Origin: Mobula hypostoma
Taxonomy: Eukaryota
Length of the DNA stretch: 64,000 nucleotides
Direction of reading: 5' to 3'
Assembly: GCF_963921235.1 (NCBI RefSeq)
Contig: NC_086108.1
Coordinates: 89,034,001-89,098,000 of the forward strand
In this document: in pieces, positions 26,201 to 38,434 of the stretch
Numbering within the stretch: the first letter of the stretch is position 1
How the letters are laid out: every line of letters begins with the position of its first letter
The notes under the pieces: generated by a model
Databases searched by the model: none
What the model saw: only the letters and a program-made list of their open reading frames with translations
Told to the model about the DNA's origin: nothing
Program-made: the position numbers and the translations under genes

Positions 26201-26850
26201 CGATGGAGATTCGAAGAGCAAAAGCCTCATCACTCTAACTCTGTCCAATCTAATGACAGTCACTGTGACGAAGCCTGCTCACTTGCCCCTCTATTCTTTA
26301 ATTTGCTCTTACTAATCAATCCCAAAGAGTGATTGGTCACTGTTCAGAGCTCCAATTAAACTGCCACAAGCTGTGACTCCTTTTTCTACTCTGTCAGTAG
26401 ACCTGAGTGAAATCCACTCAAACTTCTGATGACTGAATTGGATTGAAATGAATTGACTTTATTACTTACATCCTTCCTATACACGAGGAGTAAAAATCTT
26501 TACGTTATGTCTCAATCTAAATGTGTAATGTGCGATTTACAGTAATTTGTCATAAATATTACATACAACAGGACAGTCAATATAAAATAGAAATACAATT
26601 GTATTAGCATGAATTTTTTTTATATATAATTTTTATTAAATTTTCAAAAAGAATACATGAAAAGATAAAATCTACCCCCCCTCCCCTTAACCCTCCCCCC
26701 CCCCATATGTAGTCCTACCTAAAAGAAAGAAGAAAAAAAAGAGAGCCGCCTGGATATTGGAAGGTTTCCACATGCTCCATGGGATTCAAAATAAATTTGG
26801 TATAATTATTCGTTACTTTCCCCAAGTAACCAAATTCTTTGTCGGAGCAC

Positions 26851-29272
26851 TTAAATATGACATCCTATCTTTTGTAAATAAGGGCGCCAAATATTCAAGC
26901 ATGTTACATAATTATCTCTTAAATTATAAGTAATTTTTTCAAGTGGAATAGAACTAGCCATTTCATTATTCCAACGATCCATACTTAAATACGAATCAGA
27001 TTTCCAAGTAACTACTATAGTCTTCTTAGCTACTGCCAATGCAATTTTTATAAATTCTTTCTGATATTTATTCAATTTAAGTTTCGGTTTTATCCCTTCA
27101 ATATCACCTAATAGAAATAATACAGGGTTATGTGGAAGTTGAATTCCAGTAATTTCTTCCAATAAGATTCTTAAATTTATCCAAAAAGGTTGAATTTTAA
27201 AACAAGACCAAGTAGAATGTAAAAAAGTACCAATTTCTTGATTACACCGAAAACATTTATCAGATAGATTTGAGTTTAATCTATTTATTTTTTGTGGTGT
27301 AATATATAATTGGTGTAAAAAATTATATTGTACTAATCTAAGTCGAACATTTATTGTATTTGTCATACTGTCCAGACAAAGTCTTGACCAATTTATTTAA
27401 TCAATATTAATATTCAGATCTGTTTCCCATTTTTGCTTTGACTTATGGGTTCCTTGTTTAATTGTCTGTTCTTGAATCAAATTATACATACAAGAAACAA
27501 ATTTTTTAATTTTTCCTTTTTGAATTAAAATTTCAATTTCATTAGCTTTTGGCAAAAACATTGTTTGACCCAGCTTACCTATCAAGTAAGCCCTTAACTG
27601 AAAATAACAAAAGAAAGTATTATTAGATATTTTATATTTATCCTTTAATTGTTCAAATGACATCAATATACCTTGCTCAAAACAATCTCCTATAAATTTA
27701 ATCCCTTTTTGGTACCAATTATATAAAAGTTGATTGTCCATTGTAAAAGGAATAAGTCTGTTCTGAAACAAAGGTCTCCTTGCTAATAGATATTTCTGCG
27801 TTTCCTTATCAACATTTATCTTATTCCATAGATCAATCAAGTGTGTTAATATAGGAGATTCTTTCTTTTCCCGTATCCATTTAGATTCCCATTTATATAT
27901 AAAATCTTCAGGTTTATTTTCTCCTATCTTGTCTAGTTCTATTTTAATCCATGCTGGTTTTTGATCATCGAAAAAAGATGCAATAAATCTAAGTTGATTT
28001 GCTTTATAGTAATTTTTAAAGTTTGGAAGTTGTAACCCTCCTAACCTAAATTTACATGTCAATTTTTCCAATGATATTCTTGACATTTTACCTTTCCAAA
28101 GAAATTTTCTCACAGATTTATTTAACTCTTGAAAAAATTTCTGTGGCAATTGTATTGGTAATGTTTGAAACAAATACAGTAATCTTGGAAATATATTCAT
28201 TTTTACAACATTGATTCTACCTACTAATGTTATTGGTAGTATCATCCATTTGTCAAGATCTTCTTGAATTTTTTTCAATAGTGGTAAATAATTAAATTTA
28301 TATAAATTTTTTACATCACTATCAAGTCTTATACCTAAATACTTATTCTTTCTTAATTTTAGACGTATAACTTATTATCTGTCCCCTAAGATATGCTTTC
28401 ATCGCATCCCATAATATAAATTTATCCTCCACTGAATGAAAATTTGTATCCAAAAAAAATTGAATCTGGTTTTTCATAAAATCACAAAAATCTTGACGTT
28501 TTAATAATGTTGAATTAAATCTCCATCTATAAGCCACTTCTTCCTTATCAGCCATTATTATTGTCATTAATAAAGGAGAATGATCTGATAATATTCTTGC
28601 TTTATATTCCATATTTTTCACTGTGTTGAATATGTATTGATAATAGAAAAAATCTATCCTTGAATAAGTTTTATATCTATGGGAATAGAACGAATAGTCT
28701 CTTTCTTTAGGATTGATTCTTCTCCATATATCAATCAAATTTAAATCTTTCATCAATGATAAAGTTAGATTTACTACCTTCGATTTTATAACAGCCTTGG
28801 TTGATCTATCTAAGACTGGGTCTAAGCAAAAATTAAAGTCTCCTCCAATTAATATTTTTTCAAGTGCATCCGCCAAATTCAAAAAAGTTTCTTGTATGAA
28901 TTTTGCATCATTTTCATTTGGTGCATAAATATTCATAAAAGTCCATAGTTCGGAAAAAAGTTGACAATGTATAATCACATATCTCCCCGCAGAATCAGTT
29001 ATTACATTTTGTATTCTAATTGGTAACGTTTTATTGATCAAAATTGCTACTCCCCTCGCTTTTGAATTAAATGAGGCCGCAACAACATTACCCACCCAAT
29101 CTCTCTTTAGTTTCTGATGTTCTGTTTCTGTTAGGTGTGTTTCCTGTAAAAAAGCTAAATCTATCTTCATTTTTTTAATATATGTTAAGATTCTTTTTCT
29201 TTTCACTGGTCCATTAAGCCCATTAACATTAAAACTCAAAAAATTCAATAAATTAGTCATTATTCTTAACAA
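26851..29272 (-). pseudogene. L1-B ORF2 remnant: APE endonuclease joined directly to post-RT region and CCHC
   Basis: SFNVNG, FLQETH, GGDFN, SRIDF and SDH, then at about 28345 KYLGIRLD, KMNIFPRLLY and CFRCNQEIGTFLHSTWSC. No YRPI, QG or ADD motifs. Confidence 0.92.
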
Positions 29273-29724
29273 AGTTACTCCAATCTAAAACATTACTTAT
29301 CTTCTCAACTCTCATAGTTCCTTGGGGAATCTCTTTAAACTTCACCATGATGCTATGTGTCCCCCCCCCCACCAACCTTCCAGGCAAAAAGAGAAAAAAA
29401 AAGATAGGAAAAAAAAGAAAAAACAAAATACCCCCCCACTAATGTTGTGAATGAAAAGATATACAACACTACCCCCCTCCATTTTACGGGTCGCGGCAAA
29501 AGCCACGGTTGCACACATGATTAATGTGGCAATCGATCAGTGCTTCTTCCAGCTCCCCCGCAACAAAAAGTTATATATATATAGACAAAATTAGTATTAT
29601 TATTCCCAACTAATTTCCTCCAGTGTTAACCTTTCTTACCCCCCTCATATAATTAATACTATATTTATACATTCATCCAGCTTCAAAAATCCAACAAATC
29701 CATTCTTAAGCCCAATCTTCATCT

Positions 29725-30829
29725 TCAATCTTTCTCGCTCTCCTGAGTTTGTTCTTGTATCTGGTGAATATTCAGAGAATCTTGCACAAACTGCTCCGCT
29801 TTCTGGTAGTCATCAAAAAATCTTTTTTCTCCACCAGACAAAAAAAATCTTCAAAGTTGCAGGATAACGCAGTATAAATTGATAACCATGCTCCCATAGG
29901 GTTTTTTCCACTGGATTAAACATCTTCCTTTTCTTCAAAAGTTCGTAACTTATATCAGGGTAGAAAAAAACTCTTTTCCCTTTAATTATCAATGGCCCTT
30001 TTCTATCTTTGGCAGCTCGAACAGCTGCCTGAAGAATCCTTTCCTTGTCTTGAAATCTTAAGAATTTTATTAAAATCGATCGTGGATATTGGTCATCTTT
30101 TGGTTTTGGTCTTAAAGCTCTATGTGCCCGCTCAATGTCAATTGGTTGAACCTCCTCTCCCATTTGCAAAACCTTCGGGATCCATCTTTGAAAAAATTCT
30201 ATTGGCTTATCTCCTTCCATACCTTCTGTAAGACCAACAATTTTAATATTATTACGTCTACTGAAATTTTCCAACATGTCCACTTTCTCCAAGAGTCGAT
30301 TTCTTTCCGAGTTCCAGACAAGCAAATCATTTTCTGTTTTTTCCACTCTATCATTCATAAGCCCCATTTCTCTTTCCATCTTCTGAAGCTTCTTTTCCAT
30401 TTTGTCCTGTCTTTCCATAACTTTATTATAGCATCTCTTTGTGTCTCTAAGCTCCTCTCTTACTTTCCTTAATTCAGTTGTTGATTTCAATACAGCCTCT
30501 CTTATGTCTCTATCATATCCTTTACTTCCACTCGCTTCCAATTCTTCCTCCTCTTCTTCATCTGTGTTCTCTGCAGAATCCAGTTCTGGCTCTGAGTCAC
30601 TTTCAATTGCAGTGGGTGTCGGTTCTTGTAGTTTGCGCTGTGCCGATTTGCGCATGCGCAATTCCGTTGTCTTCTTCGGAGCAACCGTTGCCACCGCCAT
30701 TGCTCCCTGTTCTACCGAAGGAGATCCAACCTGAGTCCAAGGCTCCATCGTTGCAGTAGGCCCTTTTTTCTTCCCATCTCACGGCTGCTTCGTAACAGCA
30801 GACTTCTTTTGTTGCGGTTTAGGAGGCAT
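29725..30829 (-). pseudogene. L1-B ORF1p (ATG 30829, one in-frame TGA, frameshift near 29830)
   Basis: MPPKPQQKK..., LENFSRRNNIKIVGL, IERAHR, PRSILIKF, FYPD and RYPATLKI. Confidence 0.9.
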
Positions 30830-32775
30830 ATCGTAAAGTAATCTTACAAAGTTTATAAATAGTTTTCAAAAAATATTTACCAACTTTGTTTTATTTAAAC
30901 GGTACTTTACTGATTTGTTGCGGGAGAGCTGAATTTACACGTCTCAATCCCACGTCATCACGTGACGCCCCCCTATTAGCATGAATTAATCAGTGTGATG
31001 GCCAGGTGGAAGAAGCTGTCCTGGATTTTATGCTGTGGTACTGTTTCCCAAATGGTAGCAGCTGGAACAGTTTGTGGCTGGGGTGACTCTGGTCCCCAGT
31101 TGTCCTTTCTATACCCCTACCTTTGTAAATGTCCTGAATAGTGGGTAGTTCACATCTACAGACGTGTTGGGCTGTCCGCACCACTCTCCACAGAGCTAGT
31201 CAGAGCTCAAATTTATACAATAATATTTCCATGACATTACTTCAAGGTCAAGTTGTCTCCCTGCACTTATCACTTCCTGACATCTTCACTATTTGATTTT
31301 TTTTTCGGACATTCTCTTGGAAGGCCCTCACTTTCAACAAAAAGCAACTCCTTTTTGTCCATTGGCATGTATTCAGTATCAGATTTATTTACTTGTCACA
31401 TGTACATCAATACATGCACTGAAACAGATCATCTGTGTCAAAAATCAAGAATCTGCTGGGGCAGGTGTGCCCACACAGTCCAGAACCAACATAGCACGTC
31501 TAGAATGCTTGGCTGAGCCACACAGATCACAACAAGCATCAAAAGCAACAGCAAAACAAGCTCCAGTCCCCCCTCCCACCTAGCCACCCACGCACATACT
31601 GCACACAGATCTGTAACCCCAGGACAGGCCATCTTTGGCTGCCAGGCTCCAGAAGACTCATGGATTTGCGGTCATTGAGCCTCTGTTTTCCCCAGCAGAC
31701 CTGCAGAGATTCACAGAGTCAGGGCTCCAACAACTGGAGCTTGACTTCGGCGGATCCGATCGACCTTCGGACTTTGACTGGACTTCCTGCTGTCCTCACC
31801 GGCTGTCCTGCTCCTCTGGCCCCTGTGTGAATCATCCACTGCAACTGCATCAATTTTAGTGAAAGAATCACAGAAATCTTAGATAAAAACAAAACAGGTG
31901 AGAGTCTAACTACAGAAATTTACTGTCCAAGATCTTTGAGTCTTTCCATGGTCTCATCTACATCTACCTCAATGATAGTTTATATAGCTCTAGGCACTTT
32001 TGTGCTTCTATAACACTTTTCTGTAATGGCTTCCACAACTGATTAGCCCCATCATCATGGCCTCTTCACTTGCAAAGGGTCCTGACTTAAAACATTGACT
32101 GTCCTTTCTCTTCTGCAGATGATTGCTGACCCACTGAGTTCCTCCAGCAGCTCATTATGTTGCTCCAGAAATGATCTCCTGCTTCTATTTCTTCCCTAAG
32201 GGGGTCTGTGCTTTTGCTGGAGCAGGTGAGGGGAGGGGAGGGCTAATACTGTTGCTGCTGCTTGTGTACGAGGGAAGGGGGCTTTGGGGTTCTGATGTTT
32301 CGGTCATTCATTATTTGGGTTGTTTTCTGTTTTTTGGAGACCTCTGAAGAGTAAGAATTTCAGGCTGTATACTGTATACATTCTCTGAACCGTTGAACCA
32401 TTCCTACCTTTCAAACTTTGAATGGCAGCTCCATCTAGGAAACAATAACAACAACAAAACAGAAGCCCTCATATCAGGGACTGTTTGATGGCCTTAACCT
32501 TGTTAGCTATTCTTAGCACATAATAGCATATTTTACCTGCTGCTTTAGAGGAAATTGAGCACAATATGCATCTTGGAAGAAGGGTACTGTGAACAGTGTA
32601 AAGTCACGATTAGTCAATGCTTGCAATAATAGGTACTTAAGGCTTGGCAATTTTTCCTTCTACTGCTAATTTCTTTGAGTTCCTCATTTATCCTGAACCT
32701 GCAGTCTTTTGCTATTTCCAGAAGTGTTCATCCGTTTTTGTTTCTTTTCCACTAAGATGCATTCCTGTGCAAAAG

Positions 32776-32914
32776 CGCAAACAACAGGAATTCTGCAGAT
32801 GTTGGAAATTCAAGCAACACACACCAAAGTTGCTGGTGAACGCAGCAGGCCAGGCAGCATCTCTAGGCAGAGGTACAGTCGACGTCTTAGGCCGGGACCC
32901 TTCGTCCCGTGTGT
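32776..32914 (-). mobile_element. hammerhead repeat insertion into a tiny Tc1 TIR element
   Basis: 14-bp TSD ttcctgtgcaaaag at 32762-32775 and 32915-32928. Minus strand reads gacgaagggtcccggcctaagacgtcgactg. Confidence 0.85.
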
Positions 32915-33437
32915 TTCCTGTGCAAAAGTGTTAGCTGGGGTGCCTAAGACTTTTGCACAGTACTGTATCTACTAAATTAACAACAACGTAAGACTCACAG
33001 ATATTGCTGTTTCAAGGGAAGATAAAGAGAGGATGGAGATGGATGCCTTTCCACCATCTGCTTCTTTTTCTTCTTACAGAAACATCTGCATGATGCTAAA
33101 CTAGGACACATCATCAGTGATGCTACCTGGGGTCGTCAAGTGTTTCGGGTCTTTCAACATCATACACCCTCACCCAGGCGACCCGACCGGGGTTGATCAG
33201 ACCCCGGCCTGTGTCCTAGCAGCAACCCATGGATCTGCCCTCTTTATCCAGAGCCATCTTGATGCTTTCTCTGCTGCATCTATGGTGGTAGAAATGGCTT
33301 TCCTTCTTATCTCTCCCGTGATTCCAAGTGCAGTGTACACTTTGCAGAGTGACTGGCCTGTAAAGCCACGTCACCCGACCTCCACGGGCCAACACTTTGC
33401 TCTCCAGCCTCTTCTTTGGCAGTTGTTCTTCAGATCT

Positions 33438-34076
33438 TCATACCTGGCTCTTTTCCGTGTCGTAGGCCTCCTCCATGCGTTCTTCCCACAGTACGGTAAG
33501 CTCAAGCATAAGAACATGCTTCAATGAGTTGGACCACAACACAATGTCGGGCCACAATGTAGCCTCTGTGATATGGGGAGGAAACTGCAGCTGTTTTCCC
33601 AGGTCTGCTTTTAGCTTCCAGTCCTGCGCGGTGAAGAGCAACCCGGTTGCTTTCCAGTGTTCTGTTGGTCTTTCCCCCTCTTTGACAAAGCAGATAGTAT
33701 CCTTGACCGGACTTGTTTTCCGGCAGATGTTAAAGGTGCTGCAGATTGTCTCAGCAATTGTCTGAAGGACCTGGTCATGCCACCACCGATAAAGGCCATC
33801 AGCAAGAGCTCTGGGGCAGCAGCTCAGAATATGCTCCAGCTCACAGAGGATCTTCTCACAGAGGGGGCAAGCTGGTGGTTCTGCAAGGCCCCAGTAGTAC
33901 AGGTTGCATGGACTAGGGAGGACGTCATAAACAGCCTGGATAAGGAATTTGATGCGGTGTGAATCCACCTTCCAGAGATCGTTCCACGTGACCTTTCGCT
34001 CGATCACCTGCTCCCATTTGGTCCAGGCTCCTTGCTGTTTCATTGCCACTGCTCTGCTGGTCCTCTCCTCCTCCAC
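33438..34076 (-). pseudogene. Hero-like C-terminal CCHC and restriction-like endonuclease
   Basis: CPLCEKILCELEHILSCC, YRWWHDQVL, WPDIVLWS and MLELTVLWE. Confidence 0.85.
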
Positions 34077-34084
34077 AGCTGCCC

Positions 34085-36241
34085 TTACTTCATTCTGGAC
34101 CAGTTCTCATCGCTCTTTCCCTTGTACTTTGTCAAAATGGGGGAGCTTCCGAGTCCAGCTCTTCCCTTGGTGACTGCCCCCACCAGCACTTTGTGGCGCA
34201 GTCGCACCTCAGCTTCTTCCACTGCAGCTTCTGCTCTCCGCTTCCTTCCAGTTCTCACTGCCACTCTTGCTCCGGCAACCTTTGGCTCCGAAGGTTCCTG
34301 GAACTGCAGCACCTCTCTTGCTCGCAAAACCTTGAACTCCTCCTGGATGGATTTCAGGGGCAGCCTCGGTTTGCAGTTATTCCCGTACAGAGCGATGCTG
34401 CTGATGTTCCTTGGTAAACCTAGCCATCTTCGCAGGAACCGGCTGACTACTCTCTCTAATTCAGCAACAGCGGAAATTGGGAACCCATAGAGAAGCAGTG
34501 GCCAGGGGATTCTTGGTAGTGTACAGTGCTGGTAAATCCATGCCTTAAACTGCCCTGGAAGACCTGTCCTGTCAACCTTTTGCAACCATTGTTCAAACTG
34601 CCCACAGGTGTTTCCTATCGCCGCCTTATCTCTGAGTGTTGCATCAAACATCTTCCCAGGACTTTTAACAGGGTTCTTTGTGATGTTAGGATTTGAAACG
34701 TCCTCAATAGAGAAACAAAATCTCTCCTGTACTCTCCCCTTCTTCAGCACTACAGATCTTGATTTTTCAGGCTTAAAGGACATCCTTGCCCACCTCATCA
34801 ACCTTTCCAGCCCCTTAAGAATCCACCTAGCACCAGAAACTGACTCCGTAGCGATAGTCAGATCATCCATGAAGGCTTGTATTGGTGGTTGGCAGAACCC
34901 AGATCTTGATTTCATGCCTCGACACTCTGGCTGTGCAGATTTTACCAGCACGTTCATTGCCAGGGCGAAAAGAATGACTGAGATGGTGCAGCCTGTGATG
35001 ATACCAGTCTCCACCCTGCACCAGTCTGGTGTTATTGGCCCTGTTGAGACTCTCAGGTGGAACTCGTTGTAATAGTCCATAAGCAGGCCTCTGATTCCTT
35101 CAGGAACATGGTGCCTCTTCAGAGCGTCTGTAATAACTTCGTGGGGGATTGACCCATAGGCACTGGCCAAATCCAACCACAAGACCACTGAGTCACCCTT
35201 CTTCTCTCTGGCCTCTCTCAGGAGCTGTGTGATGACTCCAGTGTGCTCCAAGCAGCCTGGTACCCTTGGAACGCCACCCTTCTGGACGGAGGTGTCGATG
35301 TAATTGTTCCTCAGGAAGTACTCTGTTAGGCGCTTTGCCACCATGCTGAAGAAGATCCTCCCTTCAACACTCAGCAAGGATATTATCCTAAACTGGCTGA
35401 TGTTCTCGGAGTTCTCTTCTTTTGGAATCCACACTCGGTTTGCATACTTCCATTGCTTGGGCACTTTGCCTTTCTTCCAGACAACCTTGAGGATTCTCCA
35501 CGGCTGCCGGAGAAGCCAGGGGCAGCGTTTGTAGATGTTGTAAGTGGTGCCGCTCGGACCAGGAGCTGAGCCAGCTCTGACTTTCTTGACTACTTGCTGA
35601 ACCTCCTTGAAGAGAGGCTCTCGAAGGTGGAAAGCCTCTGTTGGTTCTGTGGGGGCGATGAGGGCATCACAGTCTCTCAGTTCAACTTCTCTGACCGGTT
35701 TACTGAAGGTGCTTCGAAGATGGTGGTCTATCAGTTCCTTTGTGCAGGACAGCTTTCCACTTCTCTTCTGACCCAGCAGCTGTTTGGTGAACTGAAATGG
35801 ATTACTGATAAATACAGATCTTTCCTGTGTTCTTTCTCTCCTGCGCCTCTGATGTTGCTCCGCTCTCCTCAGAGTTATGAGCCTTTTCCTCAGCATCAAG
35901 CTCAGTTCTTCCAGTGGTGCCCTTTCCTCATGGTTTGCCAATTTATGTTGTTGCTTGATCGCCTTGAGTTCTTTCTGGATGTTGTGGATTTTGGTGGCCC
36001 TGTTGTTTTTAACATATGGCTGTTTGGCCCGTTTCTCTTCCTCAGTACCAAATCTTTCTGCTGCCACAGTTATGATCACTGTTGTCATTAACCACCTCCC
36101 CCCCCCACCCGCCTCTCGGGCTTCCCTGGGGGTATCTTTCCATTCTTGGATCCGAAGCTTTCTCGGGTACTCCTTTATAGGAGCTGCGGTTCGGGCTGCT
36201 AACCCACCCCACCCCGGTTTTCTGTCTTTCCAGGCTGCCAA
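34085..36241 (-). pseudogene. Hero-like reverse transcriptase ORF (718 aa, frameshifted before the endonuclease)
   Basis: ORF track shows a full set of RT motifs including FMDD. Confidence 0.88.
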
Positions 36242-36639
36242 CTGTTTTTCCAGTAGTCACCAAACTTTCTTGATCGTCAACCAGACTCTTCAAATCAAAT
36301 CAAAATTTACCCATGCAGAAAGTGATACAAAAAACAGCCTGTGCAAGTCTTAGGCAAGACTTTTGCACAGTACTGTAGGCATTAAATATTTGTTTTTTTA
36401 AAATAATTAACACCATATTTGTCTTATTCAGTCAGTTAGGGTCTCACATTAAGTTGCAGTAATCTTTTCCTTTTTATGTATGTGTCGATTCTCATACAAT
36501 CTATATCTGTTTCTTCCTGGCCTACTCTTGTATTGTGTCTTTGCTTTCCTTATCGATGTCTTTTCTGAGAGCTGATATATTTCTAATCCACAGGTTTGTG
36601 GCTTTTATTCTGAGATACAACGGACTGGAATCTGGTGTG

Positions 36640-36810
36640 AGAACAAACTGCTGGAGGAACACAATGGGCCAGGCTGCATCTATGCGTAGAAGTGGACAGT
36701 TGACATTTCGGGATCTGGACTGCTGAGGGACCTCAACCCAAAATGTCATCTAGCTACTTCCCTCAATAGGTGCTGCCTGACCTGCTGAGTTCCTCCAGCT
36801 GCTTGTTTCT
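36640..36810. repeat. inverted pair of degenerate hammerhead repeats
   Basis: ctgctggaggaac...cagttgacatttcggg on the minus strand, then ...acccaaaatgtc...ctgctgagttcctccagc on the plus strand. Confidence 0.7.
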
Positions 36811-37225
36811 TTACTAACAGGTTTTCTATTGGCAAGGTTAGAAGTCTTTATTTCTAATTTTAGCATTTTGTAATACCACTGAGCTTACAAAATAAATTAA
36901 AAAAAACCTATGTAAGAAAACCAGCATGAAAGAAAGATTCGGGGAATAAAGGAGAACATTGGAATCCAGCCTGCAATCCAAGCAGTTTACCACTGTAAGT
37001 ACATATTTTCCTCGCAAAATTTCAGTGCTGGATATCCTGAATATTGCACAGATGTTCTGGGCACATCTTACACCGGAATCCATTAAAACAGCATCCAGTA
37101 ATGTAAAGCTATAATTTTTTATTTTCTTTTCAAAATTGTTTCAAATTTTTTTTTTCTTTTGTTCCCTATGTAGTTATTTTGTCTCATTTAACAGGTGTTA
37201 ATTACACACCATCCATTTTCCACAG

Positions 37226-37262
37226 GTCAGATCAAACGAGTTTATTATATCAGTAAAGAGTG
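37226..37262 (+). CDS. candidate 37-nt host-gene exon ((G)QIKRVYYISKE)
   Basis: Strong acceptor ccattttccacag| and donor TG|gtaagc in unique AT-rich DNA. Phase-1 start matches the end of 1840-1937. Confidence 0.4.
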
Positions 37263-37671
37263 GTAAGCTGCTCTAACCAAAAATGTATGTTTTTTTGGAT
37301 GTATAACCATTTCAACATGGTTCTCATTGATAGGCAGGATTATATTTATTTGGGAATAAGAACTGTCAGATTGTGTTGGTCTCAGGTGGCACATGAACAC
37401 AATAATCACAAGAGCTAAGAAGGAGAAAAGCACATTCATTCATCACATCAACACTTGTTTCCATACGCTAACTGAATGATTCCAGCATTCTGGTCTCCAC
37501 TATACTATCTGAATGCAAATTGGTTGGTGTGACTAAGTGATTTTTGACATCAAAATGAATACACCTTTTGCTAATTTCTACCCAGTTTACATCTTTGCTT
37601 ATTATTATTATTATACTTCAAGCAAGAGTCAGTTGCTTTTCAATTCTTAAAACATAAGGTTCCCATCATAT

Positions 37672-38241
37672 ACAGTCATAGACACTTTATTAGGTACTTC
37701 CTGTACCTAATAAAGTGGCCACTGAATGTATATTCATGGTCTTCTGCTGCTGTAGTTCATCCACTTCAAGGTTCAACATGTTGTGCAATCAGAGATGCCT
37801 TTCTACACACCACTGTTGTAATGTGTGGTTATCTGAGTTACTGTCTCCTTCCTGTCAGCTTGAACCAGTCTGACCATTCTCCTCTGTCCTCTCTCAGTAA
37901 CCAGCTGTTTTCACCCACAGAATTACCCCTCACTGGATGATTTTTGTTTCTCACACCATTCTTTGTAAACTCTAGAGACGGTTGTGTGTGAAAATCCCAG
38001 GAGATCAGCAGTTCCTGAGATACTCAAACCACCCCATCTAGCACCAACAATCATTAGTTCCATGGCCAAGGTCATCTGGATCACAATTCTTCCCCAATCT
38101 AATGACTGGTCTGAATAACAAATAAACTTGAACATGCCAGAGGCTTTCATGCACTGAGTTGTTGCCACATGATTGGCTGACTGCATATTTGTATTAATGA
38201 GCAGGTGTACAGGTGAACCCAGTGAAGTAGCCACTGAGTGT
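37672..38241 (-). mobile_element. Tc1/mariner internally deleted element
   Basis: TIR-like cagtggccactttattaggtac; transposase HTH remnant MIVGARWGGLSISGTADLLGFSHTTVSRVYKEW; TA flanks. Confidence 0.85.
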
Positions 38242-38434
38242 ATGCAAATAAATGTGACACTTCTGCATGATGTGTTTGATGATGCAAGCACCATTTTGCA
38301 TATTTGCACAGCACTCAAGTGAGCCTGATATTCCCGAAAGAGCTCTTTGTGCTTCCTCTTACTATTCTTCATCTTCTGTACATTATTTAACAAAAGATTA
38401 GGAACTCACAGGAGCATTTATGGTACAATGGTGA

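Larger units (their letters stand above)
26616..30973 (-). mobile_element. L1 (family B) with both ends intact but the RT core deleted
   Basis: 14-bp TSD tattagcatgaatt at 26602-26615 and 30974-30987. 5' end GGGGGGCGTCACGTG; ORF1, EN and C-terminal ORF2 present. Confidence 0.93.
26450..31195 (-). mobile_element. Rex1 3' remnant split by L1 family B
   Basis: ORF 30990-31184(-) VRTAQH...LPTIQDIY...HPSHKLFQLLP. The tail continues at 26450-26601. Confidence 0.7.
33080..36290 (-). mobile_element. Hero-like non-LTR retrotransposon (RT plus restriction-like endonuclease)
   Basis: RT motifs FRIISLLSVEG, PGCLEH, WLDLASAYGSIPH, GIITGCTISVILF and AFMDDL. Then CPLC..LEHILSCC, WHD, PDIVLWS and LELTV (CCHC plus PD-(D/E)xK). 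Frameshift near 34085. Confidence 0.85.

Noticed and set aside
33058..33090. Strong splice-acceptor-like tract cttctttttcttcttacag
   Set aside because: It coincides with the purine-rich 3' flank of the minus-strand Hero element, and what follows is antisense TE sequence.
33100..33175. CTGATGA and GAAA in the Hero 3' UTR as a hammerhead
   Set aside because: No helix II can be formed between the boxes in either permutation.
34032..36353. Several 120-165-aa plus-strand ORFs
   Set aside because: They are antisense shadows of the Hero RT frame.
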